The notes: a model not told the origin generated them from the sequence alone. A DNA stretch of 64,000 nt from Thermodesulfobacteriota bacterium (GCA_039714535.1 JBDLJC010000009.1:7973-71972), one strand, 5' to 3'. Shown: positions 37,795 to 47,152, numbered from the stretch's first letter. Program-made: numbers and translations.

Positions 37795-38811
37795 ATGAAG
37801 CTTGTTGAAAAAATATTTATCACCTCATTTGTCCTGGCGGTAATGCTGTTATCCGTATCTGGTTTTATAACAGATGGTGAGGCCCGGAGTAGCAAGAAGC
37901 CGGTTTCCAATATTGTCTCCATCCATAAATTCCAACCTGGCACGGTAAATCCCAAAACCGGTGGTGATAACTATCGTCCTCCCGTAGTTGATCTCTCTTC
38001 CACTCAACAGACTAAGCGGCGTCCTGAGGATGGTCTGCCGCTGCTTGAGACAGCAGGGCAATTACGCAAGCGTCTGACCTCTAAAAGTGCAATTATCATG
38101 GATGGTGATAGTGGTAAGGTGATTTACGCCCATTTGCCGGATAAAACCGCCCAGCCGGCCAGTACTATAAAAATCCTGACCGGTTTGATTGCGATCCAGT
38201 CTTTGGAGGACGAGGAAAAGGTGTTGGCCAGCCGTCGGGCGGCCGGGATGCCAAGATCCAAGATCTATCTGCGGCGGGGCAAGTCCTATCGGGCGGATGA
38301 TATGATTAATGCCGTGTTGCTTTCTTCGGCCAATGATGCCAGTGTCGCCCTCGCGGAAAAAATTGCCGGTTCCGAGCGGGTCTTTGCGAAATTGATGACC
38401 CATAAAGCAAAGGCCTGGGGGGCGGAGAATACCGTCTGTAAAACCTCCACCGGTCTCACCTCCCGGGGGCAACAATCGACGGTTCGTGATTTGGCGGTAC
38501 TTTTCAACCGGGCCATGGAGAACGAGGAATTTGCGGACAGGGTTGTCCGAAGAAAGATTAAAACCGGCTACGGTAAGGTGTTGAAAAATCACAATCGGGC
38601 TTTATGGCAGATTGCTGGGGCAGAAGGGGGTAAGACCGGTTACACCAAGGCTGCCCGCCAGACCTATGTTGGTAAATTCAAGCGCGGTGATGATGAGTTG
38701 ACCGTGGCGGTTATGGGCAGTGAAACTATGTGGGACGATGTTAAATGTTTGGTTGAATATGGTTTCGCCAAGAAGAAGAGCATGGGGATAACAACTGCGG
38801 CGGTAAAATAG
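37795..38811 (+). CDS. D-alanyl-D-alanine carboxypeptidase (peptidase S11, PBP5/6-like)
   Basis: Signal peptide. Motifs SxxK (ASTIK), SxN (SSAND) and KTG (GKTGYT). Confidence 0.85.
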   Translation: MKLVEKIFITSFVLAVMLLSVSGFITDGEARSSKKPVSNIVSIHKFQPGTVNPKTGGDNYRPPVVDLSSTQQTKRRPEDGLPLLETAGQLRKRLTSKSAIIMDGDSGKVIYAHLPDKTAQPASTIKILTGLIAIQSLEDEEKVLASRRAAGMPRSKIYLRRGKSYRADDMINAVLLSSANDASVALAEKIAGSERVFAKLMTHKAKAWGAENTVCKTSTGLTSRGQQSTVRDLAVLFNRAMENEEFADRVVRRKIKTGYGKVLKNHNRALWQIAGAEGGKTGYTKAARQTYVGKFKRGDDELTVAVMGSETMWDDVKCLVEYGFAKKKSMGITTAAVK

Positions 38812-38946
38812 TTCCCAGTCATGGTTGGGCTACTGCCGTATGGTGTTTGGCGCATATGATGCGCGTTTGGAGGGCAGTGGCATAAGCGCTCCCCGGTGTT
38901 TTTTGCGGATGAAGTATCTCCTGGTTTCTTTCCTTTCTTTTTAGTC

Positions 38947-38994
38947 CTTATACCCACAGGGTTCTGTTCAATCCCCCTCCTAGGGGGCATAAGT
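38947..38994. repeat. Dispersed hairpin repeat, copy 2
   Basis: cttatacccacagggttctgttcaatccccctcctagggggcataagt. Matches copy 1 over about 48 nt, with compensatory change in the hairpin loop. Confidence 0.65.
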
Positions 38995-39062
38995 TTCATT
39001 GAACCAGACAAGCTGGTTAATTCAGCTTCATATTTTCACTGTTGATCGTTTATATCAAGCCA

Positions 39063-39749
39063 ATGGTAAACCTCTTAAGTAAAAACGAGCTCAGGGCTGT
39101 TTGTCTACCAATGGCGGAGGAGCGGATTTTCGCCGTCCAGGGGAAATTGGCAGAAATTCTGCGGCGTTCAGAGAGTTATCGCCAGTGTCGGCAAATTTTT
39201 ATTGATCCTTCGCTGCTGCTTCGCCAGGCGCGGGTCAATGCCCTGCTGGATGGCAAAGAGTTGATTATGCCGGGGGCCGGCCTCAAGGAAGGTTTTTACC
39301 TGCTTAAGCCCTTTCAAGTCCCATTCAAAAACCTGGTCATGGCAGTTACCTATGTGGGGCTGGAGCGTTATGGTCGCCGTCTTGCCGCAGCGGATATTTC
39401 ATCCCTGCATATTTCCCTGCTGGTGGGCGAGTCATTCGCTGTTGATCGACAGGGCCACCGTTTAGGGGGCGGCCAGGGTTTTTTTGATCTTGCCATCGCC
39501 CTGCTTGGCGAGATGAATGGGCTGGCAGATGGTTGTCAGGCTGTAGCCGCTATTGATGATCCAGCCAGGGTTGTCGAGAAGATTCCCCAAGATCCATGGG
39601 ATGTCAAATGTGGCGAAATCCTCGCCCCGGATGGGATCGAAGAACTTTTCGACTCTTCGTCGGTTCCGGAGATTTTTTGGGATGATATTCCACCGGAACG
39701 GATTAAGCGCATATCTCCTCTGCGGCGTCTCCTTGCGAGCGGGAAATAA
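39063..39749 (+). CDS. 5-formyltetrahydrofolate cyclo-ligase family protein
   Basis: Motif GHRLGGGQGFFD (family GxRLGxGxGyYD). The ORF is open from 39042; ATG 39063 is preferred. Confidence 0.7.
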   Translation: MVNLLSKNELRAVCLPMAEERIFAVQGKLAEILRRSESYRQCRQIFIDPSLLLRQARVNALLDGKELIMPGAGLKEGFYLLKPFQVPFKNLVMAVTYVGLERYGRRLAAADISSLHISLLVGESFAVDRQGHRLGGGQGFFDLAIALLGEMNGLADGCQAVAAIDDPARVVEKIPQDPWDVKCGEILAPDGIEELFDSSSVPEIFWDDIPPERIKRISPLRRLLASGK

Positions 39750-39872
39750 GCTGATCTTGCCAGGACAAATTATCATTCCAGTTGCTGAAAGGGCAAGTTG
39801 CCTGTACCATGTCTGCGGTCCTTTTTATCTCTGATTTATCTTTTAAACTTACGTAAGAGAGCTTGAACCAAG

Positions 39873-40630
39873 TTGGCAATTGAAGATTTAGACCAGCAGC
39901 CCTTGACTGAACATCTGGCCGAATTACGTGGCTGTCTTATTGCCTCGTTAGTTGCGGTAGGGCTCGGATTTTGTGTTGCCTATTATTTTATTCAGGATAT
40001 CGGCTATTGGTTTTTTAAGCCGCTTTTCGATGTCTTGCCCGATAAGTCCTCGCTGATCTTTACCTCCTATCAGGAAGCCTTTTTTTTTATCTGAAATTAG
40101 CCCTGGTCTGCGGCACCCTCCTTGGTAGTCCGGTAATTTTCGCCCAGATCTGGCGTTTTGTTGCTCCCGGTCTTTACCACCACGAGAAGAAAGCTCTGGT
40201 GCCCTTTGTCCTGCTCTCGACCATCTGTTTTCTGGGGGGAGCTTTCTTTGGTTATGCGCTGGTGTTCCCCCCGGCTTTTCGGTTCTTGGTCGGGTACTCC
40301 AACGAATATCTAAGCGCCATGCCGGCGGTCAATGAATACTTTTCCCTTAGTCTCAGGTTGTTGATTTCCTTCGGGGTTATCTTTGAGTTGCCGGTCTTCA
40401 TGGTCTTTTTGGCCAGGCTTGGCGTAGTTGATGTGGAGTTTCTCTGTCGCAACCGCAAGTACGCGGTCCTGATCTCTTTTATAATCGCCGCTATTCTTAC
40501 CCCGACTCCCGACGTGGTTAATCAGGTTCTGATGGGCGGCCCCCTGGTGGTTCTTTACGAGATCAGTATCATCGCGGTCAGGTTGTTTGGCCGTCGGGTA
40601 AAACCCCAGGTCGAGGGGGCGGAGCCATAG
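39873..40630 (+). pseudogene. tatC: Sec-independent translocase TatC, interrupted by a frameshift in a T9 run
   Basis: The ORFs 39873..40094 and 40199..40630 are both TatC-like. The downstream frame is open back to 40088 and encodes [35 protein letters not shown]. The two frames join with a -1 shift, or one extra T, at T9 40080..40088. Confidence 0.85.
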
Positions 40631-40742
40631 GTTGCTGGCTTTGTAATTCTCGAAACATGAGGTTTTTCAAGGTTGTCTGGTCACCTCACAATAAACTGCT
40701 TAAACCAGCAACTTATGGCTTGAAAACCGGGATAGTTTTTAC

Positions 40743-40771
40743 TTGACAATTCATCTCTCCCTCAATATAAG
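40743..40771 (+). promoter_or_regulatory. Sigma70-type promoter candidate for sat
   Basis: TTGACA (40743-48), N17, TATAAG (40766-71), with a T-rich upstream stretch. It lies about 66 nt before the ATG. Confidence 0.45.
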
Positions 40772-40837
40772 GTTATTCTTTCATAGTTCTGAAGCTCTAT
40801 TCATTTTTTTATATAAATTCAACAAGGAGACGTTAAC

Positions 40838-42118
40838 ATGTCGAAATTAGTTGCTCCCCATGGAGGCAAAGGTCTGGTTTGCTGCCTGCTGCACGGCAAT
40901 GAGCTGGAGGCTGAGAAAGAGAAAGCTGCTGGTCTGAAGCAGGTTGAGATTACTGCCCGCGCCAAAGGCGATCTGATCATGATGGGTATTGGTGGTTTCA
41001 GCCCTCTCGATGGTTTTATGAAAAAAGCTGACTGGAAAGGCGTTTGCGAAAACTTCCAGATGGCAGATGGCACTTTCTGGCCTGTCCCCGTAACCCTCGA
41101 TGTATCTGCTGCCGATGCTGGTGATATCAGCGAAGGTGACGAGATCGCCCTTGTTAAAGATGGTGAGACCTATGCCACCATGAAGGTCAGCGAAAAATAC
41201 GAGATGACCGACGCTGACAAAAAATGGGAATGTGAGAAAGTTTTCAAGGGTGAAGGCGAAGAGTCCGAGGGTGATAGCTTCTGGAAGATCGCTCCTGAAG
41301 ATCATCCCGGCGTCATCATGGTTATGGCTCAGAAAGAGTTCAACCTTGCCGGTACCGTTAAAGTCCTTTCCGAGGGCGAGTATCCCGCCGAGTACAAAGG
41401 CGTTTACCTGACCCCTGCCGAGACCCGTGCAATGTTTGAAGAGCGCAACTGGAAAAACGTTGCTGCCCTGCAGCTTCGTAACCCCATGCATCGCTCCCAC
41501 GAGTTCCTGGCCAAGATCGCCGTTGAGGTTTGTGACGGTGTTCTGATCCACTCCCTGATCGGTAACCTGAAAGCGGGCGATATTCCTGCTGATGTCCGGG
41601 TTAAGGCCATCGATATTCTTATCGAGAACTACTTCGTTAAAGATAACGTCATCAACGCTGGTTATCCCCTGGATATGCGTTATGCCGGTCCCCGTGAAGG
41701 CCTGCTGCATGCCACCTTCCGTCAGAACTACGGCATCAACAACATGCTGATCGGTCGTGACCACGCTGGTGTTGGTGATTTCTACGGTCTGTTCGAGGCC
41801 CAGGAGATCTTTGACCGCATCCCGACCACTGGTGATGCCGGTAAGGACCTGCTGTGCAAGCCGATGAAAATCGACTGGACCTTCTACTGCAAGGAATGTG
41901 ACGGTATGGCTTCCCTGCGTACCTGTCCGCACGACAAAGAGTCCCGGGTTATCCTTTCCGGAACCAAGCTTCGTAAGGCCCTTTCCGAAGGTGCCGAGAT
42001 CGTTGACCACTTCGGTCGTGACGAAGTCCTTGATCACCTGAAAGAGTACTATGCCGGTCTGACCGAGAAGGTTGAGGTCAAGATGCAGGGTGCTGCTTCC
42101 GGTGAGGACATGAAATAA
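40838..42118 (+). CDS. sat: Sulfate adenylyltransferase (ATP sulfurylase)
   Basis: 426 aa with motifs [11 protein letters not shown] and IGRDHAGVG. Strong Shine-Dalgarno sequence (AGGAGA) and strongly biased codon usage. Confidence 0.95.
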   Translation: MSKLVAPHGGKGLVCCLLHGNELEAEKEKAAGLKQVEITARAKGDLIMMGIGGFSPLDGFMKKADWKGVCENFQMADGTFWPVPVTLDVSAADAGDISEGDEIALVKDGETYATMKVSEKYEMTDADKKWECEKVFKGEGEESEGDSFWKIAPEDHPGVIMVMAQKEFNLAGTVKVLSEGEYPAEYKGVYLTPAETRAMFEERNWKNVAALQLRNPMHRSHEFLAKIAVEVCDGVLIHSLIGNLKAGDIPADVRVKAIDILIENYFVKDNVINAGYPLDMRYAGPREGLLHATFRQNYGINNMLIGRDHAGVGDFYGLFEAQEIFDRIPTTGDAGKDLLCKPMKIDWTFYCKECDGMASLRTCPHDKESRVILSGTKLRKALSEGAEIVDHFGRDEVLDHLKEYYAGLTEKVEVKMQGAASGEDMK

Positions 42119-42149
42119 TTTGCCATTGGCAAAATTTTCATTCTGAACT

Positions 42150-42188
42150 AAAAAAAAGGGATGCCGACTTGTCGGCATCCCTTTTTTT
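42150..42188. terminator. Bidirectional rho-independent terminator
   Basis: A8-GGGATGCCGAC-tt-GTCGGCATCCC-T7, between the convergent sat gene and the 42221..42697 gene. Confidence 0.8.
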
Positions 42189-42220
42189 GTTTTGGTGATA
42201 ATACGCGGGGAGGAAGGTGG

Positions 42221-42697
42221 TTATTTGACGGAGATGTTCTTGCCGTCCTTGGTTACCTTGACCTTGCCTTCTCCAGCCAGCCAGCCCATGGCGGCAAAGA
42301 TCATCCCCTGGTTGCGCCGTTGTTTTTCCATGGCGGCGACCAGGTCGGCAACGGTGGTTTTACCGTTATCTGTAAGATAGGCTGAAATGTCATCGGCCAG
42401 CAACCGCACAGAATCAGCAATAGGTTTGCTCTTTATTGATTTGAGGGCAGGTGGCGCTGCTTTTTTAGTCGCCTCCCCAGTAGCCGTCGCCTCGTGGATC
42501 TTTTCAACGGTGGACTCGACTGTCTTCTCCGCGGTCTTGGTCGCTGTGTCAACCAATTCGCTGGCAGTTTTGACTGCCTGGCGCCCGCCCTCTTCAAGCT
42601 TTTTCTGGGAACGAGCGAAGAGCTTACCTAGTGCCGATCCCGCTTTTTTTAAACTCTCATCGAAATTTTTCAGCCCTTTTTTCTGGGGTGTCGTCAT
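42221..42697 (-). CDS. Hypothetical protein with C-terminal winged-helix (DUF2582-like) domain
   Basis: 158 aa. The N-terminal half is K/A/T/E-rich and helical. The C-terminus LTDNGKTTVADL…AMGWLAGEGKVKV resembles small wHTH domains. Confidence 0.5.
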   Translation of the reverse strand: MTTPQKKGLKNFDESLKKAGSALGKLFARSQKKLEEGGRQAVKTASELVDTATKTAEKTVESTVEKIHEATATGEATKKAAPPALKSIKSKPIADSVRLLADDISAYLTDNGKTTVADLVAAMEKQRRNQGMIFAAMGWLAGEGKVKVTKDGKNISVK

Positions 42698-43098
42698 AGC
42701 TTTATTCCTCCTGTAAAGCGGTGAACATTGTTTGTAGTTGTATTGTGCGTCAGGAGGGCCTAGATGTCAACTAGAATCCACCGCCAAAAATGTTTGCCCT
42801 CAAGAAGATGGCATTCGGTGCTGCCAAATAGCTTGACAAGTTGGCTGAATGTATCGGTGAATTCGCAGTTATGGCTCTGCGGAGCAAGCGTTGATGCCAT
42901 TTCAGAGTTTATCTGCGGGCGCTACCTACGGCGTCGGCAACCTTTTTAAGGTCACCCCCGGATTGGCAACTTTCTTTGCTCTTTGTATCTGCAGTCGTCC
43001 CGGTTGATGATGGACCATGTTTGTCAAGTATCTTGCACAAACCGTCGATAAGGAGCATAATTACCCCCTTTCCTATTTCCATATTTGAAGGTGACTTG

Positions 43099-44178
43099 AT
43101 GCAAGAGATTACAGTAGGTCTGGATAATCGATCATATCCGATATTAATTCAAGAGGGGCAACTTGGTCTGATTGGTGCGGATCTGGCCAAGCGGAATATT
43201 GCCAAACGTTACATCATTGTCGCTGATGATCATGTGGCCGGTTTGTACGGGGCCTTGATCCAAGATTCACTGGTCGTTACTGGACTTGATTGTGAGTTGA
43301 TTACCTTTCCCCGTGGTGAGGCCAGTAAGCATCTTGGCACGGTTGCGGAACTGGCCAGTCGTCTTGCCCAGCTGGGGGTTGATCGCAAGGATGCCCTTAT
43401 TGCCTTGGGGGGCGGGGTGACCGGCGACATAACCGGATTTCTGGCAGCCTCCTACATGCGCGGGATTCCCTTTATCCAGGTGCCGACCACCCTGTTGGCC
43501 CAAGTGGATAGTTCGGTGGGGGGCAAAACCGGGGTGGATATCCCTGAAGGGAAAAACCTGATCGGCGCCTTTTATCAGCCCAAATGTGTTTATATTGACT
43601 CTTTGATTTTAAAATCATTGCCTGCCAAGGAATTGCTGAATGGCTTGGCTGAGGTCATCAAGTATGGCGTAATCTGGGACGGTGATTTTTTTGCCTATCT
43701 GAGTGAAAACCGGGCGGCGATTCTGGCTTTGGATTTGCCGGTGCTGGAGAAGGTGATTGCCCGCTGCTGTTCTATTAAGGCGGAGGTGGTGGCGGCCGAT
43801 GAGCGGGAGTCGGACCTGCGCCGCATTCTTAATTATGGGCATACCATCGGCCACGCGGTGGAGGCGGCGTCCGGATACAGTCTGGACCACGGTCTGGCGG
43901 TGGCTATCGGTATGGTGGCGGTCAATGAGTTGGCGGTTGGCAAGGGGCTGATCTCCAGGGAAACGGCGGACCAGGTGCGGGAATTGATAGCCGCATATGG
44001 CTTGCCGGTGGATATCCCATCTGCATATGATCGGCGGCAGATCAAGGATTACCTGAAGACCGACAAGAAGACCATCGGTGGCCGACCCTTTTTCGTGTTA
44101 CCGACGGAGATCGGCAGGGTGGTCGTCACCGATGATGTTGCCGACGGTCTGGTTGATCAGGTTATTGGCATTGAATAA
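43099..44178 (+). CDS. aroB: 3-dehydroquinate synthase
   Basis: ATG 43099 (MQEITVGLD). Motifs GGGVTGDITGF and NYGHTIGHA. Confidence 0.9.
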   Translation: MQEITVGLDNRSYPILIQEGQLGLIGADLAKRNIAKRYIIVADDHVAGLYGALIQDSLVVTGLDCELITFPRGEASKHLGTVAELASRLAQLGVDRKDALIALGGGVTGDITGFLAASYMRGIPFIQVPTTLLAQVDSSVGGKTGVDIPEGKNLIGAFYQPKCVYIDSLILKSLPAKELLNGLAEVIKYGVIWDGDFFAYLSENRAAILALDLPVLEKVIARCCSIKAEVVAADERESDLRRILNYGHTIGHAVEAASGYSLDHGLAVAIGMVAVNELAVGKGLISRETADQVRELIAAYGLPVDIPSAYDRRQIKDYLKTDKKTIGGRPFFVLPTEIGRVVVTDDVADGLVDQVIGIE

Positions 44179-44304
44179 GATGGTGTCGCAGACACGTGAG
44201 CCTGTGAGACTTCGAAAAGTCCGATATTGTTATGCTCCTTGAATGTTTTTTTACGAAACCATCAAGCAAACTGTCGATCAGCGGTGGGCTGCCTTGCTGC
44301 TGGC

Positions 44305-45117
44305 TTACGGGCTGATGATGCCTTCCATGTAAACGGTTAATTTCTGGGCCAGGTTTTGGTCGTCGACGAGTAATGATACTTCGTTATTGTATTTCAGGGC
44401 GGCATTGGTGAAATTGTGACTGCCGACGAAAGAATAGCGGCGATCAATAATGACTAATTTGGTATGGGTGGTGATGTTTGGTGAGTCAAATATGACTTTT
44501 ATGCCGTTATCCCGCAACCGCCTTGCGGTTAGCTGGTTTGTTGCGTTGAGCTTTTCGTCGTAGCCGGATTTCTCCAGAAAGACCCTGACCTGAACTCCCC
44601 ACTGGGCGGCGGCTATCAGTTCTTTAATGATCAGGCTCGGCCTGTTCTTAGATGATTTTGTGGTCTTGAAGACAAACATTGCCAAGTCAATATTTGCTTG
44701 GGCTCCGCGGATTTTGTTTAGCAGGGCCGGGAAGTAATCTGCATTTGTCAGCACCACAACATCCCCCTGACTGGTTTTTATCCTGGCCGGATCTTTTCCT
44801 TGCTCGTCTTGTTGAGAGGAGGGAGAAGGCTGTTCAGGATTGGCGGTGATCGCCAGGTCCGCCCTCATGATCTTCACCGTGTCGGGACCAATTCCATCGC
44901 AGATCAGAAGTTCCTTGAAAGCCTTGAATGGGCCATGGGTGTCGCGGCAGGCAATTATGGTGCGAGCCCGAATCGTACCTATATATGGTAGAGAGGTTAG
45001 CTCTGTCTCGGTCGCTGTGTTGATGTTTAGGTTTTCCGCCTTGGCCAATCTGGGCAGAGTGGTGAACATCAGGCAGGAAAAAACCAACAGCAGAACAGTA
45101 TATTTGATCTTTGCCAA
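44305..45117 (-). CDS. Secreted phospholipase-D-family (HKD) nuclease-like protein with ComEA-type helix-hairpin-helix domain
   Basis: Signal peptide (…LPRLAKA). HhH segment NINTATETELTSLPYIGTIRA. Single HKD motif HTKLVIIDRRYSFVGSHNFT. Confidence 0.75.
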   Translation of the reverse strand: MAKIKYTVLLLVFSCLMFTTLPRLAKAENLNINTATETELTSLPYIGTIRARTIIACRDTHGPFKAFKELLICDGIGPDTVKIMRADLAITANPEQPSPSSQQDEQGKDPARIKTSQGDVVVLTNADYFPALLNKIRGAQANIDLAMFVFKTTKSSKNRPSLIIKELIAAAQWGVQVRVFLEKSGYDEKLNATNQLTARRLRDNGIKVIFDSPNITTHTKLVIIDRRYSFVGSHNFTNAALKYNNEVSLLVDDQNLAQKLTVYMEGIISP

Positions 45118-45169
45118 AATTGATCTCCTCTCAATAAAATTTTCTTTTAGGCGAAATAGCGGGTAATTC

Positions 45170-46891
45170 TCAAGCCGGCCACCATGTTGGACCTATTCTT
45201 CTGATGCAGTTGAAGCCGCCCCCTAGGACCAGGCTCTGGAACTCGTGGTGATCGAGGAAACACTGGATCTCATACGAGCGGGTGCCGGCGTCACAGATGA
45301 TGATCATGGTCTTGTCCTTGGGGATTTCCTGCAGACGATCCCGGATTTCCGCATACGGAATTGAGAGCCATATCTCGCCAAATTTTTTGCTGAAGACCTC
45401 GGCTTCGGCCGGATGTCTGATGTCAAGGGCCAGCCAGTCGGGTTTGTCGGTCGGTTCTGTCATCCAGGTCATATAATCGTCAATGCTTACCGTGCGGAGC
45501 CGATCAGCTGCCTTATTGTCTGCCACGTTGGCGGTGGCGTTCAGGGCGTCCAGGGCCGTGGCGAAGGGCGGGGCGTAGGCCATCTCCAGCTTGGAGAAAT
45601 CATCAATGCTACCGCCTTTGGCAATGAGTCCGGCCGCCGCGTCAATCCTGGCCAGAATTCCGTCACCCATGGGGCCGAAGCCTTGCACGCCCAAAACCAG
45701 CCGGCTTTTCCGGTCAAAGACCATCTGCAGGGGGATGACGGACTGCTCCGGGAAAAAATGAGCCCGGTCGGACTGGGCGGAGATAACGTAATCGGCATCA
45801 AAACCTTCCGCTTTGGCGGCCTGATAGCTCAAGCCGGTGCCGCCTACACAGATATCGAAGGCCTTCATGATGAAACTGCCGATCCAGCCCTCGAAGGTGC
45901 TGGCAATGCCGGTCAGGTTGTCGGCGACAATTCTTCCCTCCCGGTTGGCCAGGGAGCCCATGGGGGCAAGACTCTTTTTGCCCGAGACTAGATTAGTGAC
46001 CTCGATACAGTCTCCGGCCGCATAGATGTCGGGGTCCGAGGTCTGCAACCGATTGTTGACCACAATGCCGAATTTGGAGACCAGCAGACCGGCCTCCTGG
46101 GCCAACTGACTACGGGGGCGCACTCCGGCGGCCATGATGACGATGTCTGCTGCAATTTCCCGGTTAGCGGTAATGACCTTGCAGGCCCTGCCATCGCTAC
46201 CGGCTTCAATTGATTTAGCCGCCTCGCCAAGGTAGACGTCGACGCCGTGCTCTCCCAGGTGATTGGTAAGCATGGCGGCAAAGGTGGAGTCAAGGATGTT
46301 GGGCAGCAGCTGCGGCATAAATTCCACTAGGGATGTTTCTGCCCCCCACAGGTCGGCAAAGGCCTCGGCCATCTCGATTCCGATAGCGCCGCCGCCGATC
46401 ACTACCGCTTTACCGACCTTGCCCTTGGCCAATTGCTCTTTGATGGCGATGGCCTTATGCAGGTCGCTGATCGTGTAAACCCCCTCCAGGTCAGCGCCGG
46501 GTATGGGCAAAACAAAGGGCTCACTGCCGGTGCTAATCACCAGTTTGTCGTAGGCTATCGACTCTTCCTGGCCTGAATCAAGATTTTTAACCTGGACTGA
46601 TTTTGCCTGTCGATCAATGGCCAGGGCCTGGGTCCTGGTCATGACCTCAACTCCTTTGGCATTGAGGAAGAAGGGTTCGTCGCGGGTCATATGGAAACTG
46701 GTGTTGCGCAGTTCTTTTTCGTCGGATACATCCCCCGAGACATAATAGGGGATGCCGCAACCACCATAGGAAATCAGGTTGTCCTGGTCAATGATCGTAA
46801 CCTTAGTATCCGGGGCCAGTCTTTTAAGGCGGCAAGCGGTCTTGGGTCCGGCGGCTACGCCGCCGATAATTACAACGTGATTGGCTTTCAT
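45170..46891 (-). CDS. CoA-disulfide-reductase-family flavoprotein fused to a rhodanese domain (CoADR-RHD / persulfide-reductase type)
   Basis: FAD motif VIIGGVAAG, redox Cys in SYGGCGIPY, second dinucleotide fold VIGGGAIG, and a C-terminal rhodanese active-site loop CDAGTRS. Confidence 0.85.
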   Translation of the reverse strand: MKANHVVIIGGVAAGPKTACRLKRLAPDTKVTIIDQDNLISYGGCGIPYYVSGDVSDEKELRNTSFHMTRDEPFFLNAKGVEVMTRTQALAIDRQAKSVQVKNLDSGQEESIAYDKLVISTGSEPFVLPIPGADLEGVYTISDLHKAIAIKEQLAKGKVGKAVVIGGGAIGIEMAEAFADLWGAETSLVEFMPQLLPNILDSTFAAMLTNHLGEHGVDVYLGEAAKSIEAGSDGRACKVITANREIAADIVIMAAGVRPRSQLAQEAGLLVSKFGIVVNNRLQTSDPDIYAAGDCIEVTNLVSGKKSLAPMGSLANREGRIVADNLTGIASTFEGWIGSFIMKAFDICVGGTGLSYQAAKAEGFDADYVISAQSDRAHFFPEQSVIPLQMVFDRKSRLVLGVQGFGPMGDGILARIDAAAGLIAKGGSIDDFSKLEMAYAPPFATALDALNATANVADNKAADRLRTVSIDDYMTWMTEPTDKPDWLALDIRHPAEAEVFSKKFGEIWLSIPYAEIRDRLQEIPKDKTMIIICDAGTRSYEIQCFLDHHEFQSLVLGGGFNCIRRIGPTWWPA

Positions 46892-47152
46892 AATATATTT
46901 CTCTGGTGGTTAAGTTGTTAGTTGTTTGCTTGATTTGGAATTAGATTCAGACAGTATCGCTAAAAGAGGTTGCTGTCAATGATATGAGCAGCGGGATTGG
47001 TTGATGGTAATCGGCATAATAATCACAGTAAAAAAGGAGTTGCGATGACAAAAAAAACTTATTAGCCATGACATAAAAAATATAGAAAACCGGGTGAAAG
47101 TAAGCAAGGATTTGTCTTTTTTTATTATCGGTTGTCCGAAGATGTTTTTTTA

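Noticed and set aside
40847-42178. 443-aa ORF antisense to sat
   Set aside because: It covers the same DNA as the sulfate adenylyltransferase gene, whose motifs, Shine-Dalgarno sequence and codon bias are unambiguous. Its translation is low-complexity and has no recognisable motifs. Long antisense ORFs are a common artefact of strongly biased codon usage.
42964-42980. Sigma54-like TGGCA…TTGC element upstream of aroB
   Set aside because: The GG-to-GC spacing is one nt longer than the strict -24/-12 consensus. aroB is not an expected sigma54 target. No enhancer-binding protein gene is nearby.
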